From NCBI GenBank assembly GCA_002839855.1, contig PGYV01000001.1:229256-293255 (forward strand): a stretch of DNA of 64,000 nucleotides. The letters run 5' to 3'. Source of the stretch: Candidatus Goldiibacteriota bacterium HGW-Goldbacteria-1. GTDB lineage: Bacteria > Oederibacteriota > PGYV01. The notes beneath the pieces were generated by a model. That model made no database searches and was not told where the DNA came from. It worked only from the letters and a program-made list of their open reading frames with translations. Shown piece after piece: positions 9,862-19,622 of this stretch; the first letter of the stretch is position 1, and every line of letters begins with the position of its first letter. The translations under genes and the position numbers were made by a program.

Positions 9862-11727
9862 TTACCTTAATACGGCCATTTTCTTAACAAGTTTTGCTGT
9901 TACTCCTGTTGATTTATCCTTAACTTCCAGCACGCATAAATAAACGCCGGACAATACTTCAATTTTATTATCATTCGTACCGTCCCATTCATCTTCAGAA
10001 TGGCGCCCCGCGGATTTTACGGTTTTATCCAGGACAGTCTTTACGTGTTTTCCCGTGACGGTAAAAATTTTTATGCTTACTTCCGAATCATTTTTTAAGT
10101 GATAACTGATACTTGCAGGCGACTGTTTTGGATCCACAGGATTGGGAAAAATATGAAACGATTCCTTAAGCGCGGGCGGAACCGGCGTGGCTGTCGCCGT
10201 GGGGCTGGGGCAGAACCCAAGCATAATATCCCCCAGATTCGCCGAACTTTCCCAGTTATTTTCATCCCCGTTCCATACAAGCTGTCCCACGCGCTCCGTG
10301 GTGCCGTTGTTAAAATCAATCTGCACGTCAAACTGATAAAAACTTCCGGTTACAGGGACAACGCCCAGCGTTGACCACGGTATCAACACTTCCATTATAT
10401 ATCCCGCAGAACCGGCTTTAAGAGTGCTTTTGTATTGAAGCCCGCCCGGCGGCAGAGCGACAGTGGCGTTTAAGCAGAACTGCAGGCAGTCGTAACTTAT
10501 CATAAAATGAAAATCGCCCACAGAGCCGGGATAAGGCTGGGTGCCGCGGTCATTGGCCATATCAAGGTATATTTCCACCGCGGAATCATTGTAATTGGCG
10601 CACGCCACCTGCGTGGCGTTAAGGTAGGAATCGTTTACGTCAACACCCACATAAAGGTTATCATTATCCCAAAGGGTTTTAAAACTTCCGGAAATATTAT
10701 TCGGGTTTGTACCAAGGCACAGTTCAGATACCTGATATTCCTGCGCGGACGCCCACGAACTTTCATTCATTAATCCGTCAATGGTTATGCCCCGCGCGCA
10801 TCCGGCGGTTGCCGTCAAAGAAGCAGACATTGTTATATAATAATTTTGATCCGCCTGGCTTCCGCAATCATCGGTATATACAGCGGCAAACGTATTAAGC
10901 CCCGGCGTTAAAGGTATTGCTGATAATTCGCGCGATAATGAAGTGAATCCTGACGGCCCGGTCCAGCTCCATGTTCCGCCCGTTAAAGGCTGCGGGCCAA
11001 GGTTTACCACAGAACCCTGATTTACGGTAACGGTGTCTGTCTGCTGCCAGGTTCCGCCGTTTACCTGAAGATATGGAATGATTTGCGGTGTCGCGCACGG
11101 CGTCCTCGTGCAGGTGGGCGTGGGCGGCATGGGGTTTATCTGCACCGCGCAGACCTGCGCATTGTCAATTACGGCAGGCCCGAACTGAATTGATATCTGC
11201 CCTGCCGCCGGAGATATATTATCAAACGTTTTGCTTACCGCCCTGAAAGCGGAACCCGCTTCATTATAAATATCAAAATCGTCAAGCACCCGCGTGCTGT
11301 TTATAAATACGTCAAATATCCTGTCACCTGCGGCTTCCCAGTATAATTCAGCGAATTTAAGCGTAACCTGATAACTGCCCGGCGGCACATTGAATGTGTA
11401 TGTGAAGGGGTTCCCGTATCTTTCAAACTGGTAAAGCGGGCTGTCAGCGGTATTTGCAACCGTAACCGTAACACTGTGCCCATACCCGCCGCTGTAATTT
11501 GTATCCGCCGCCCATGTGTTGCCCCAGCTGTCAGGATACGCGGCGCCCCCCGCGTTTACCCGCCACACGGATGAAACAGCAATATTATATGTAGGGGTGA
11601 TAGTGGCGGTGGCCGTGATGGTAAGTGTTGCTGTTGCGGCATTAGCAGCGCATGCAATTATTAAAGTATATAGGAGTACATTCAGGCTTTTGATTAGAAT
11701 TACCGGAGCACTTGCCGATTTTTTCAT
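9862..11727 (-). CDS. Secreted carbohydrate-binding protein: malectin + Ig-like + CBM9/DOMON-like + FlgD/T9SS-type C-terminal sorting domain
   Basis: WRVNAGG...LYQFERYG...LKFAELYW (malectin), ITIDG...LWDNDNLYV...DSAVEIYLD (CBM9-like), FPNP...VSIKIFTVTGKHV...WDGTND...SGVYL (sorting domain), and Thr-rich linkers. Confidence 0.75.
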   Translation of the reverse strand: MKKSASAPVILIKSLNVLLYTLIIACAANAATATLTITATATITPTYNIAVSSVWRVNAGGAAYPDSWGNTWAADTNYSGGYGHSVTVTVANTADSPLYQFERYGNPFTYTFNVPPGSYQVTLKFAELYWEAAGDRIFDVFINSTRVLDDFDIYNEAGSAFRAVSKTFDNISPAAGQISIQFGPAVIDNAQVCAVQINPMPPTPTCTRTPCATPQIIPYLQVNGGTWQQTDTVTVNQGSVVNLGPQPLTGGTWSWTGPSGFTSLSRELSAIPLTPGLNTFAAVYTDDCGSQADQNYYITMSASLTATAGCARGITIDGLMNESSWASAQEYQVSELCLGTNPNNISGSFKTLWDNDNLYVGVDVNDSYLNATQVACANYNDSAVEIYLDMANDRGTQPYPGSVGDFHFMISYDCLQFCLNATVALPPGGLQYKSTLKAGSAGYIMEVLIPWSTLGVVPVTGSFYQFDVQIDFNNGTTERVGQLVWNGDENNWESSANLGDIMLGFCPSPTATATPVPPALKESFHIFPNPVDPKQSPASISYHLKNDSEVSIKIFTVTGKHVKTVLDKTVKSAGRHSEDEWDGTNDNKIEVLSGVYLCVLEVKDKSTGVTAKLVKKMAVLR

Positions 11728-11882
11728 TAATCACCCCGCAATATCGCTGCATGTATTATCCGAGTTTTTTTTATCGGGTAATTATATATCATGGCCATTT
11801 CAAATACCATAACTATATAAACGCATACGGTCAGAATATACCGTTGTGCACGGGCTGTCAATAAAAGATATTCCCCCCTGCC

Positions 11883-13532
11883 TTAAATCTCCATCTTCTT
11901 CAGCCGGTTAATCCCCGCCCAAAGCGAAAATACGGTGATTGCAACCGATGAAACAAAGGCCGCGGCAAACAGCCATATATATTCCCGCGGGTTAAATACA
12001 ATCGCGCGGACAAGGGTTGACCTGTAATAATCCCTGACAGGGTCGGCTACAAGGGCAAGCGTTATCCCTATAAACACCATTGTCACAAACATATACGAAA
12101 GCCCGGCGACGCCCGTAATCATCTCTTCCGCATTTTTTATTTTGAAATTCGCGAAATACCCCCCAAAACCCGTGCCCACACCTGATATTACCAAAGTCAC
12201 GCACACGGTTGAAAATATGGTTACATAATTAATGAACGGGTCTGATTTTAAAATCCTGATTGACAGCAGCGCGATTACAAGCCCGATAATCATCATGGGA
12301 ATTCCGTACGCGATAAATTTATCAATAACATATTTTGTCATGGTAGTGGGGGCAGAGCGGTATATCCAGAACGCGCGCCCTTCCACGCTAATCACGGGAA
12401 GAATAAACCTGGAACCGATAGCGGAAATTATGAACCCTATGAAACCTATATTAAGGAAGTAAATTACGTTTTTAAGGTCAAACAGTTCGGACGGCATCTT
12501 ATACATATTAAAAAGATAAATCACCACAACGCCGAATAAAAATACCACCTGTATCCACTGCGAAGTGTCACGTACAAGGTATTTCACATCCTTGATAAGC
12601 TGCGATTCAAATACCTTTCTGCGGGTAAAAGCGCGGCCTGCTGCAAGGGGCTTTTCTTTCTTATAAATCCCTTTTTTTCCATAGCCGTCAAAGTACCATA
12701 GCCCCGCGGCTTTTATCACAAGGGCGAATATTAAAATCGCGGCTGACCCATACGCCAGCAAAGGTCCGATCCCGCGGTAAATGCCGTAAGCCGTGACATC
12801 TTTTACGATGGAGATAAAATGCGTGTGCGGCAGAAAGAAGCTTTCCGGAGTCCTCAGATATTTTAAGAATTCAGATACATCCTGCATGGAACCCGCTGAC
12901 AGCTTTTCCGGCTCCAGCATCCTGAAATATAAAACAATTCCCACAAGAAAAATACCGCTCATTGCTATTGCTATATTGCGTATGCTTTCCGCCGGGAAAT
13001 ACCTGACCAGCACAAGCGTAAGGGTAATACCCGCGGATGCCATAACAATAAAAAACGGAATATGCGCCGCCATTATAAAAAGGTACTGGTAAAAGTCTAT
13101 TTTTAAAACAGTACTGTACGCCGCAAACACGGGAATGGACATTAAAAGCATCATCCAGCACGCTTCAAAAATTATTTTAAGGTACTGAAAGGTAAAAATA
13201 TCCTCCGCTTTTATCGGCGAACTGAAAAGAAAATCCATATCGCGGCTTAAATACAGAACCGGTATTGCCGACACCACTGCCGACATCACAATCATGTAAG
13301 AGAAAGTCATGTAGATAGCGGACAAAAGCCTGTTTACCAGAAGCCCGCCTATTAACTGCGCCCCGTAAAAGTGTTTGAAGATAAAAAAGAAAAGCTGGTA
13401 TATCATAGGAAAGAACACCAGCGAAAAGACAATAAGCAGAAAAAACTTAACCAAGTCCCCCTTTACAGGGTGCTTGAATTTGTTTTTAAACTGCGTAAAA
13501 TAAAAACCTGATAACAGCGCAATCTCCCTCAT
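11883..13532 (-). CDS. Putative ABC transporter permease (multi-TM)
   Basis: 549 aa with about 12 hydrophobic segments and the SVEGRAFWIYRSAP motif; an ABC ATPase lies at 16047-16778. Confidence 0.7.
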   Translation of the reverse strand: MREIALLSGFYFTQFKNKFKHPVKGDLVKFFLLIVFSLVFFPMIYQLFFFIFKHFYGAQLIGGLLVNRLLSAIYMTFSYMIVMSAVVSAIPVLYLSRDMDFLFSSPIKAEDIFTFQYLKIIFEACWMMLLMSIPVFAAYSTVLKIDFYQYLFIMAAHIPFFIVMASAGITLTLVLVRYFPAESIRNIAIAMSGIFLVGIVLYFRMLEPEKLSAGSMQDVSEFLKYLRTPESFFLPHTHFISIVKDVTAYGIYRGIGPLLAYGSAAILIFALVIKAAGLWYFDGYGKKGIYKKEKPLAAGRAFTRRKVFESQLIKDVKYLVRDTSQWIQVVFLFGVVVIYLFNMYKMPSELFDLKNVIYFLNIGFIGFIISAIGSRFILPVISVEGRAFWIYRSAPTTMTKYVIDKFIAYGIPMMIIGLVIALLSIRILKSDPFINYVTIFSTVCVTLVISGVGTGFGGYFANFKIKNAEEMITGVAGLSYMFVTMVFIGITLALVADPVRDYYRSTLVRAIVFNPREYIWLFAAAFVSSVAITVFSLWAGINRLKKMEI

Positions 13533-13739
13533 ATAACTGTCTTGCCTCCTGCTTTAAATAGTAATATAATTATTATAATACAAAAACATACTAATTAACC
13601 GTCTTAAACACCGTCTAGTTTTTTACGGCCGATTATTTACAACAAATTCATCATTTTCAATGTTTTCAGATTCAATAAATCTAATATCTTTAAGCATACG
13701 CTTTTTTATACCCGGCGAATCACAGAAAAAAGCTTACTT

Positions 13740-14686
13740 TCAAGAACTCTTATTCAATTTAATCCCTTTAAGCGTGTTTATGCCTTTTTGCGTTGCAATA
13801 TACTTTTGCTTGGAACTGCTTGGTTTATCCGGTATTGTCATTTTAATCAGGTTGTATTTTATAAGCGGTTTTATAATTTCATTCCTTGTCCTGCTTTTAT
13901 TTGTTTTTCCAATCAGCTCCATTACGGCCTGCAGCGTTGTTTCGCCGGAAGCTGCGTTTAATACAGCCACCGCTGTGTTTATACTCATGAACTTAGGACA
14001 GACCTGAGACAGACTTGGGACAGACTTAGGATCAACCTGAGACATTGGAAGTGTTTTTTCAGATACGTTTTTATCTGAAGTTGTAGCTCCGGCAGAGCCA
14101 CCCCCTTTGCGCTCTCATATAAACCGCTGCCTGTGTCTTTTAAAAATTGAAGTATTATATCCCTCTTCATATCCCGTATATCGGCATTATGGTTAACCCT
14201 GTCGTCAAACGGAATGCGGGCAGATATTTCCAAAAGCTGTTTTTCCTCATGTTGATTTGCCTTTACTGTTGTGGAATGCCGCCTGATATAATAGGCTTTT
14301 TCTGAACCTTCATAGCTGACAGGCGCCTTATATGGCCGGTTTTCCCCTCCCGGTACCCATAATACCAGGACTCTTTTTTTAAAATATATTTCAGGAGATA
14401 GAATCACCTGCGGAAAAGGTAATATCTTATACTGGGTTTCGATTATTTTCTTCTGGTATGCTTCAACCTGTGATTCTTTCAAGCCGGCCGGCGGAAGTTC
14501 AGGTGCCCCATCCGAGGATTTAACACCAAAAATTATATAACCGCCCCCGATATTATTAATATCATTCGCAAAAGCGCATATTGTCTGCGTTACTTTTTCC
14601 GGATTGAACCCTTCCTTATAATCCAGCCTGTCAGACTCTACAGTAAGCCCTTTGAATAATTCCTCTATCTTTATGGGTAACGGCAT
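13740..14686 (-). pseudogene. AlbA_2/Schlafen-like ATP-binding regulator with an internal deletion and frameshift
   Basis: N-terminal ESDRLDYK...ICAFAND...GGYIIFGV (13985-14686). The C-terminal HTH tail MTIPDKPSSSKQKY (13740-14045) is in another frame, joined near 14090. The usual central domain is missing. 12-nt repeats at about 14010-14050. Confidence 0.7.
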
Positions 14687-14791
14687 TTAACCTCCTGCTT
14701 TGCCATACAAAACATATAATAGTAATTATTGTATGGCAAACATAATTATCTTTGTCTGTTAAAAAACTTTTCAGCTGTGTTCCCTGGTCTT

Positions 14792-16024
14792 TCAATCCCT
14801 GTCCTTCCACTTCTTTTTCTCATTGTGCCGGTCAAACTTGGGCGGGCGTGCGGCTTCATACGGTTTTGGCAGCGGTATCAGCGGGACCGATGTAAACCCT
14901 TCATGCGGGACTTTATGGTGTTTTATAACCGGTATTACAGTCCTTATGATTGCTTCAATGGCTTTTACTTCCGCGCCCTGGTCAGGGGCGGCAAGCGATA
15001 TCGCACGGCCGGTTAAACCGGCGCGGCCTGTCCTGCCTATCCTGTGCACGTAATTGGAAGCGTCATCAGGCAGGTCGTAATTAATTACAAGTTCAATTCC
15101 GGTAACATCAATGCCGCGGGCGGCAATATCGGTTGCCACCAGCACGCGGTACTTTTTTGATTTAAACCCTTCAAGAGACCTGTTTCTTTCATGCATTGCA
15201 AGGTCTGAATGTATCTCTGCCGCGGCAATGCCGGATTTTTTTAATTTTTGAGCAATCTTCGCCGCTGACTTTTTTGTGCGCGTAAACACAAGCACGCTGC
15301 CTGTCACTTCTTTTAAAAGCTCCAGTACAAGCACGCTTTTCATTTCCGGCTTTACAACGTAAAGTTCCTGGCTTACAAGTTCTATGGCTGTGCCTGCCGG
15401 CGCAATTTCAGTCACAACCGGCAGCTGCATATACTGCTCCGCTATTTTCAAAATATCCCCCGGCATAGTGGCGGAAAAAAGAAGCGTCTGCCTTTTTTTG
15501 CTGATGACAGAAAGTATTTCCTGAATGTCCCTTAAAAACCCCATATCAAGCATCCTGTCCGCTTCGTCAAGGACAAGAAAATTCACTTTGTTTAATTCCA
15601 GATTTCCCCGGTTAAGGTGGTCTATAAGCCGCCCCGGCGTGGCGATTATGATGTCCGGAGACTGCCCAATTCCGTCCACCTGCCCCTGCATATCATGGCC
15701 GCCGATGATTACAAGGCTTTTCATTTTAAAAGCGGGGATAAGCTGAAGCAGGGCTTCGTTTACCTGAAGCGCAAGCTCTCGCGTGGGTAATAAAATTAAG
15801 CCTTTGCCGCCGTTTTTAGAAAGCATCTGCACCATAGGGATACCAAAAGCAAAAGTCTTGCCCGTTCCGGTCTGGGCTATTCCTATTATATCTTTTCCTT
15901 CAACCGCTATTGGTATGGCTTTTGCCTGTATCGGGGTCGGGACAGTGAATTTTAATTTGGCAAGGATATCAAGAATTTTTTTATCAATACCCAACCCTGA
16001 AAATAAAGTGTGAGTATCCGTCAT
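14792..16024 (-). CDS. DEAD-box RNA helicase
   Basis: Q motif PTPIQ, AQTGTGKT, PTRELA, DEAD, SAT and HRIGRTGR. Confidence 0.95.
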   Translation of the reverse strand: MTDTHTLFSGLGIDKKILDILAKLKFTVPTPIQAKAIPIAVEGKDIIGIAQTGTGKTFAFGIPMVQMLSKNGGKGLILLPTRELALQVNEALLQLIPAFKMKSLVIIGGHDMQGQVDGIGQSPDIIIATPGRLIDHLNRGNLELNKVNFLVLDEADRMLDMGFLRDIQEILSVISKKRQTLLFSATMPGDILKIAEQYMQLPVVTEIAPAGTAIELVSQELYVVKPEMKSVLVLELLKEVTGSVLVFTRTKKSAAKIAQKLKKSGIAAAEIHSDLAMHERNRSLEGFKSKKYRVLVATDIAARGIDVTGIELVINYDLPDDASNYVHRIGRTGRAGLTGRAISLAAPDQGAEVKAIEAIIRTVIPVIKHHKVPHEGFTSVPLIPLPKPYEAARPPKFDRHNEKKKWKDRD

Positions 16025-16046
16025 AGAATTGAAATCATCCGGTACA

Positions 16047-16778
16047 TCATGATTTGATATTATTTTTATCAGTTATCATAAAGAACAGGTCTTCCAGCCG
16101 TTCTGTCCTGTTTGCCGTTTTAATCTGCTGCACCGTGCCTGTTATTAAAAGCTCCCCTTTGTCTATAATCCCGACCGTGTCGCACGTCTCTTCCGCGGTT
16201 TCCATTGAATGGGTGGACATAAAAACCGTCATGCCTTCTTTTGCCGCGGCTTTCAGTTCATTCTTTAACACCCTCATGGACTTTGGGTCAAGCCCCACCA
16301 TGGGTTCATCAAGGATAAGCACCTTCGGCGAATGTATCATTGCCGCGACTATCAGAAGTTTCTGGCTCATCCCGTGTGAATAGCTTTCTATAAAATCATT
16401 TACAAAATCACCCACGCCAAAAACTTCCACATATCTGTCATACTGTTTTTTATAGTGTTCTTTATCCACCTTATACAGGTTTGCTATAAATTCAATAAAC
16501 TCTATTCCGCGCAGTTTTTCAAACATATACGGGTTGTCCGGGATAAGCGAAAATTTATGTTTGTATTCAACGGGATTATCGCTTAAACATATCCCGTCAA
16601 TACAGGCAGAACCGGAAGTAATCTCTGTTAAACCGGTCATCATCTTTATGGTGGATGTTTTACCCGCGCCGTTGGGCCCTAAAAAACCGAAAATTTCACC
16701 CTTCTTTATTTCAAGGTTAAGCCCTTTGACCGCGGTAAAACTTCCGTATTTTTTTACAAGGTTCTCTATTTTTATCAT
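16047..16778 (-). CDS. ABC transporter ATP-binding protein
   Basis: GPNGAGKT, YSHGM signature, ILDEP and H-loop. Confidence 0.95.
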   Translation of the reverse strand: MIKIENLVKKYGSFTAVKGLNLEIKKGEIFGFLGPNGAGKTSTIKMMTGLTEITSGSACIDGICLSDNPVEYKHKFSLIPDNPYMFEKLRGIEFIEFIANLYKVDKEHYKKQYDRYVEVFGVGDFVNDFIESYSHGMSQKLLIVAAMIHSPKVLILDEPMVGLDPKSMRVLKNELKAAAKEGMTVFMSTHSMETAEETCDTVGIIDKGELLITGTVQQIKTANRTERLEDLFFMITDKNNIKS

Positions 16779-17536
16779 TTTACCCCTTCTCCCGCTTCTT
16801 TTTCTATTTCAGGAGTGACGTTGAATTTATTTTTGAAGTGTTTGATGATAGTGGGGATAAAAAACGAAAAAATAAAAAGCAGCACAGGCAATACCACATC
16901 CGCGCGCCAGATGTCCGCGGAAAGCGACTTTATGATGTCTTTATGCACAGCGTATTTAATCGCAAGTTCTTTTAAAGCCGATACCAGAAACGTTATTACC
17001 ACAAGCCCCGGTATTACACCTATCACTGTGCCCCAGAAAAAATCCCTGAACCTTATCTTGGAAAGCCCTACAGCGAAATTAAGATACGTAAAAGGCACAA
17101 ACATAAGCCTTAAATACATTATGACCGAAAAACCGTGTTCCGCCGCTTTTTCATCAAGAGCTTTAAAATGGCCTTTTTGCAGCATCTTGGCTGCCATGTC
17201 CCTCATCAGATAGCGCGCTATGTAAAACGAAACCGCGCCGCCAAGGTAAGCGCCAAGCAGGTTTAAAGCAAGGCCAAACCACTGCCCAAACAAAAGCGCG
17301 CCTATGGAAGTGAAAATGCTTGCAGGCACAAAAAATAAAAGTGATAAAGCGTATATCAGTACAAACATAAAAGGAGCCCAGAACCCAAGGCCGTCAAGAT
17401 AAGCCTGCAGCCCCGTGTAAAATTCCTGCCTTCCGTCTTCCGTAAAGAAATAATGCGACAGCGGGGAAAATTTAAGCACATATACCACCGCGGCTATAAA
17501 AAGGATAAGTATGACAACCTTTATTTCTTTTTTCAT
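16775..17536 (-). CDS. TVP38/TMEM64 (VTT/DedA-like) membrane protein
   Basis: FFVPASIF...GALLFG, LRLMFVPF and FFWGTVIGVIPG motifs. Confidence 0.85.
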   Translation of the reverse strand: MKKEIKVVILILFIAAVVYVLKFSPLSHYFFTEDGRQEFYTGLQAYLDGLGFWAPFMFVLIYALSLLFFVPASIFTSIGALLFGQWFGLALNLLGAYLGGAVSFYIARYLMRDMAAKMLQKGHFKALDEKAAEHGFSVIMYLRLMFVPFTYLNFAVGLSKIRFRDFFWGTVIGVIPGLVVITFLVSALKELAIKYAVHKDIIKSLSADIWRADVVLPVLLFIFSFFIPTIIKHFKNKFNVTPEIEKEAGEGVK

Positions 17537-17679
17537 CTTAATCTCCCGTTTTGTAAATTAACCTAATTTTATCACAACTTGTGTTCAAAGACAAAAATAT
17601 AATAAAACCCGTTTAATTATAACTTTTATCCCGTATTTTTTTTATGTTATACTGTTGAAAATCAGGAGGCTTTAAACAG

Positions 17680-18555
17680 ATGAACGAAGCAGACAGTAAA
17701 AGGTCTTTACGGGTAATTATTATCGGGCTTATAGGAAACGTCTCCCTTGCCGCGTTAAAAATGGCAGCCGGTGTTTTTGGACACAGCCAGACAATGATTG
17801 CCGATTCCGTAAACCACATAGGCGACACAATATCAGATATTATGCTGCTTATAGGCCATAGGTTCTGGACTGCGCCGCCTGATGATACGCACCCTCACGG
17901 CCACAGGCGTATTGAAACGTTTATCGCAATCATAGTGGGAGTGCTTATAGCGTTAACGGGAATTTTTATCGGCTACAACGCGATAATAACTTTCAGGGAG
18001 CCGCAAGGCGCAAAACCGGAGCTTATTGCCCTTTACGCTGCAATATTTTCCATGATAATAAAAGAACTTCTTCACCGGTACACAATAAAACACGGCAAAT
18101 CACTTCGCTCCCCCGCTTTAATAGCAAAAGCCGCAGACCACAGGGCGGACGCGGTGGAAGCAATTCCCGCGGCGCTTGCGGTTGCCGGCGCTATTTTTAT
18201 CCCGCAGTGGGGATTTCTTGACCACGTTGGCGCGCTTATAGTAAGCGTCTTTATAATTCAGATGTCAATAAAAGTAATTGTGCCTTCATTCAATGAATTA
18301 ACAGACAAAGGCGCGCCGCCGCAGACGCTTGCGTCAATTGAAGACTTATGCATGAAAGTGGACGGGGTTAAAAGTTTTCACAAACTGCGCACGCGCCACC
18401 TTGGAAGCATGCTGGCAGTGGAAATTCACATACAGCTTGACGGAGATTTAACAGTGCGCGAAGGGCATGTAATTTCCGGAAAGGTAAAAAACTGCCTTTT
18501 AAATTCAGACCTTGATATTATAGACGTGGTAATTCACATAGAACCTGATAAATAA
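17680..18555 (+). CDS. Cation diffusion facilitator family transporter
   Basis: ADSVNHIGD, PPDDTHPHGHRRIE, HRADA and a C-terminal VEIHI...HIEP domain. Confidence 0.9.
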   Translation: MNEADSKRSLRVIIIGLIGNVSLAALKMAAGVFGHSQTMIADSVNHIGDTISDIMLLIGHRFWTAPPDDTHPHGHRRIETFIAIIVGVLIALTGIFIGYNAIITFREPQGAKPELIALYAAIFSMIIKELLHRYTIKHGKSLRSPALIAKAADHRADAVEAIPAALAVAGAIFIPQWGFLDHVGALIVSVFIIQMSIKVIVPSFNELTDKGAPPQTLASIEDLCMKVDGVKSFHKLRTRHLGSMLAVEIHIQLDGDLTVREGHVISGKVKNCLLNSDLDIIDVVIHIEPDK

Positions 18556-18557
18556 AT

Positions 18558-18586
18558 AAAGGCGCGGCAAACCCTGCCGCGCCTTT
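18558..18586. terminator. Bidirectional intrinsic terminator between convergent genes
   Basis: AAAGGCGCGGCA-AACCC-TGCCGCGCCTTT, a perfect 12-bp stem flanked by A/T tracts. Confidence 0.8.
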
Positions 18587-18602
18587 AGAAATACTTTTAT
18601 TA

Positions 18603-18950
18603 TTAAACCTGTTTTTCCGCCATATCCCCTATAACCGGCAGTTTAAACATCTCTTTCTGATACGCCTTTACCATAAGAATGACCCATAGCGCAATTATAC
18701 CCAGAGTTACTGCCGGACTTAAAAGCGGCCCTATTACCGGAATAAAAGCAAGGGCAATTCCCATTATACCCGCCACAAAACTTGCTATGGAAAAAAATAT
18801 GGACTGCAGCGCGTGAAACTTGACAAATTTGCTTTCCTTTTCCGTCAAAAGAAAAATAAGCCCCGTTACCCAGCCAAACACATAACAAAGAAGCCCTTCC
18901 ACGTTCTCGTCAATCCCAAGTGATGTTTTCTTTTCATCCGCCATTTTCAA
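18603..18950 (-). CDS. DUF4870-like small membrane protein
   Basis: GLLCYVFGWVTGLIFLL.EKESKFVKFHALQSI and FKLPVIGDMAEK pattern. Confidence 0.75.
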   Translation of the reverse strand: MKMADEKKTSLGIDENVEGLLCYVFGWVTGLIFLLTEKESKFVKFHALQSIFFSIASFVAGIMGIALAFIPVIGPLLSPAVTLGIIALWVILMVKAYQKEMFKLPVIGDMAEKQV

Positions 18951-19067
18951 ATACCCTCCTCTATGTTTTTAAATTCCCTGCAATAATATATAATAATTTC
19001 AAAATTAAATCAAATTTTTTTATGATATAATTTTATTATACTATCAAAATCATCAAGGAGGCTGTTT

Positions 19068-19619
19068 ATGAAAAAATTAATATGTACGGCGCTTATATTT
19101 TCAATGCTGGCCGCGGTATCATTAAGCATGCCTGATCCGGTGTTTGCCGCAACAGCCGACGAAGAAGACGCCGAAGCCACAAAGTTTGCTTTATTAATAA
19201 CTGCCGGCGTATTGGGCGTTGTGGCTCTTATAGTACTGGCAGATTCAGCCGGAAGAGAAGAACTGGCAAAAGCCGAAAAAGTAAGGCTTGATGCCCTTGC
19301 GGTTTCTAACAATGAAAAACTGGACAAATGGACGTTTGACGACATGCTTGCCGAATACGGCAAACCCACGGAAATAACGGAAGGCGATACTATAAAAATA
19401 GCTGTATATGACGAACGTGTGGCCACCGTTGTGGAAAACACGGAATATCAGTCAGCCACTTTTTTAAGCAACGCCACTTCACAGTCGTACGCAAACACCT
19501 TAAAAAACGGCGTCCTTAAAACTTTTATATTTGATAAAAAGACAAAAAAACTTACCAAGTGGCGGTATCAGGTTTTCAGCGGCGGGTCGGCTATAACAGA
19601 CCGCGCGGGCCAGAAATAA
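19068..19619 (+). CDS. Hypothetical exported/membrane protein
   Basis: RBS GGAGG, signal peptide and a second hydrophobic segment; no family recognised. Confidence 0.7.
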   Translation: MKKLICTALIFSMLAAVSLSMPDPVFAATADEEDAEATKFALLITAGVLGVVALIVLADSAGREELAKAEKVRLDALAVSNNEKLDKWTFDDMLAEYGKPTEITEGDTIKIAVYDERVATVVENTEYQSATFLSNATSQSYANTLKNGVLKTFIFDKKTKKLTKWRYQVFSGGSAITDRAGQK

Positions 19620-19622
19620 AAT

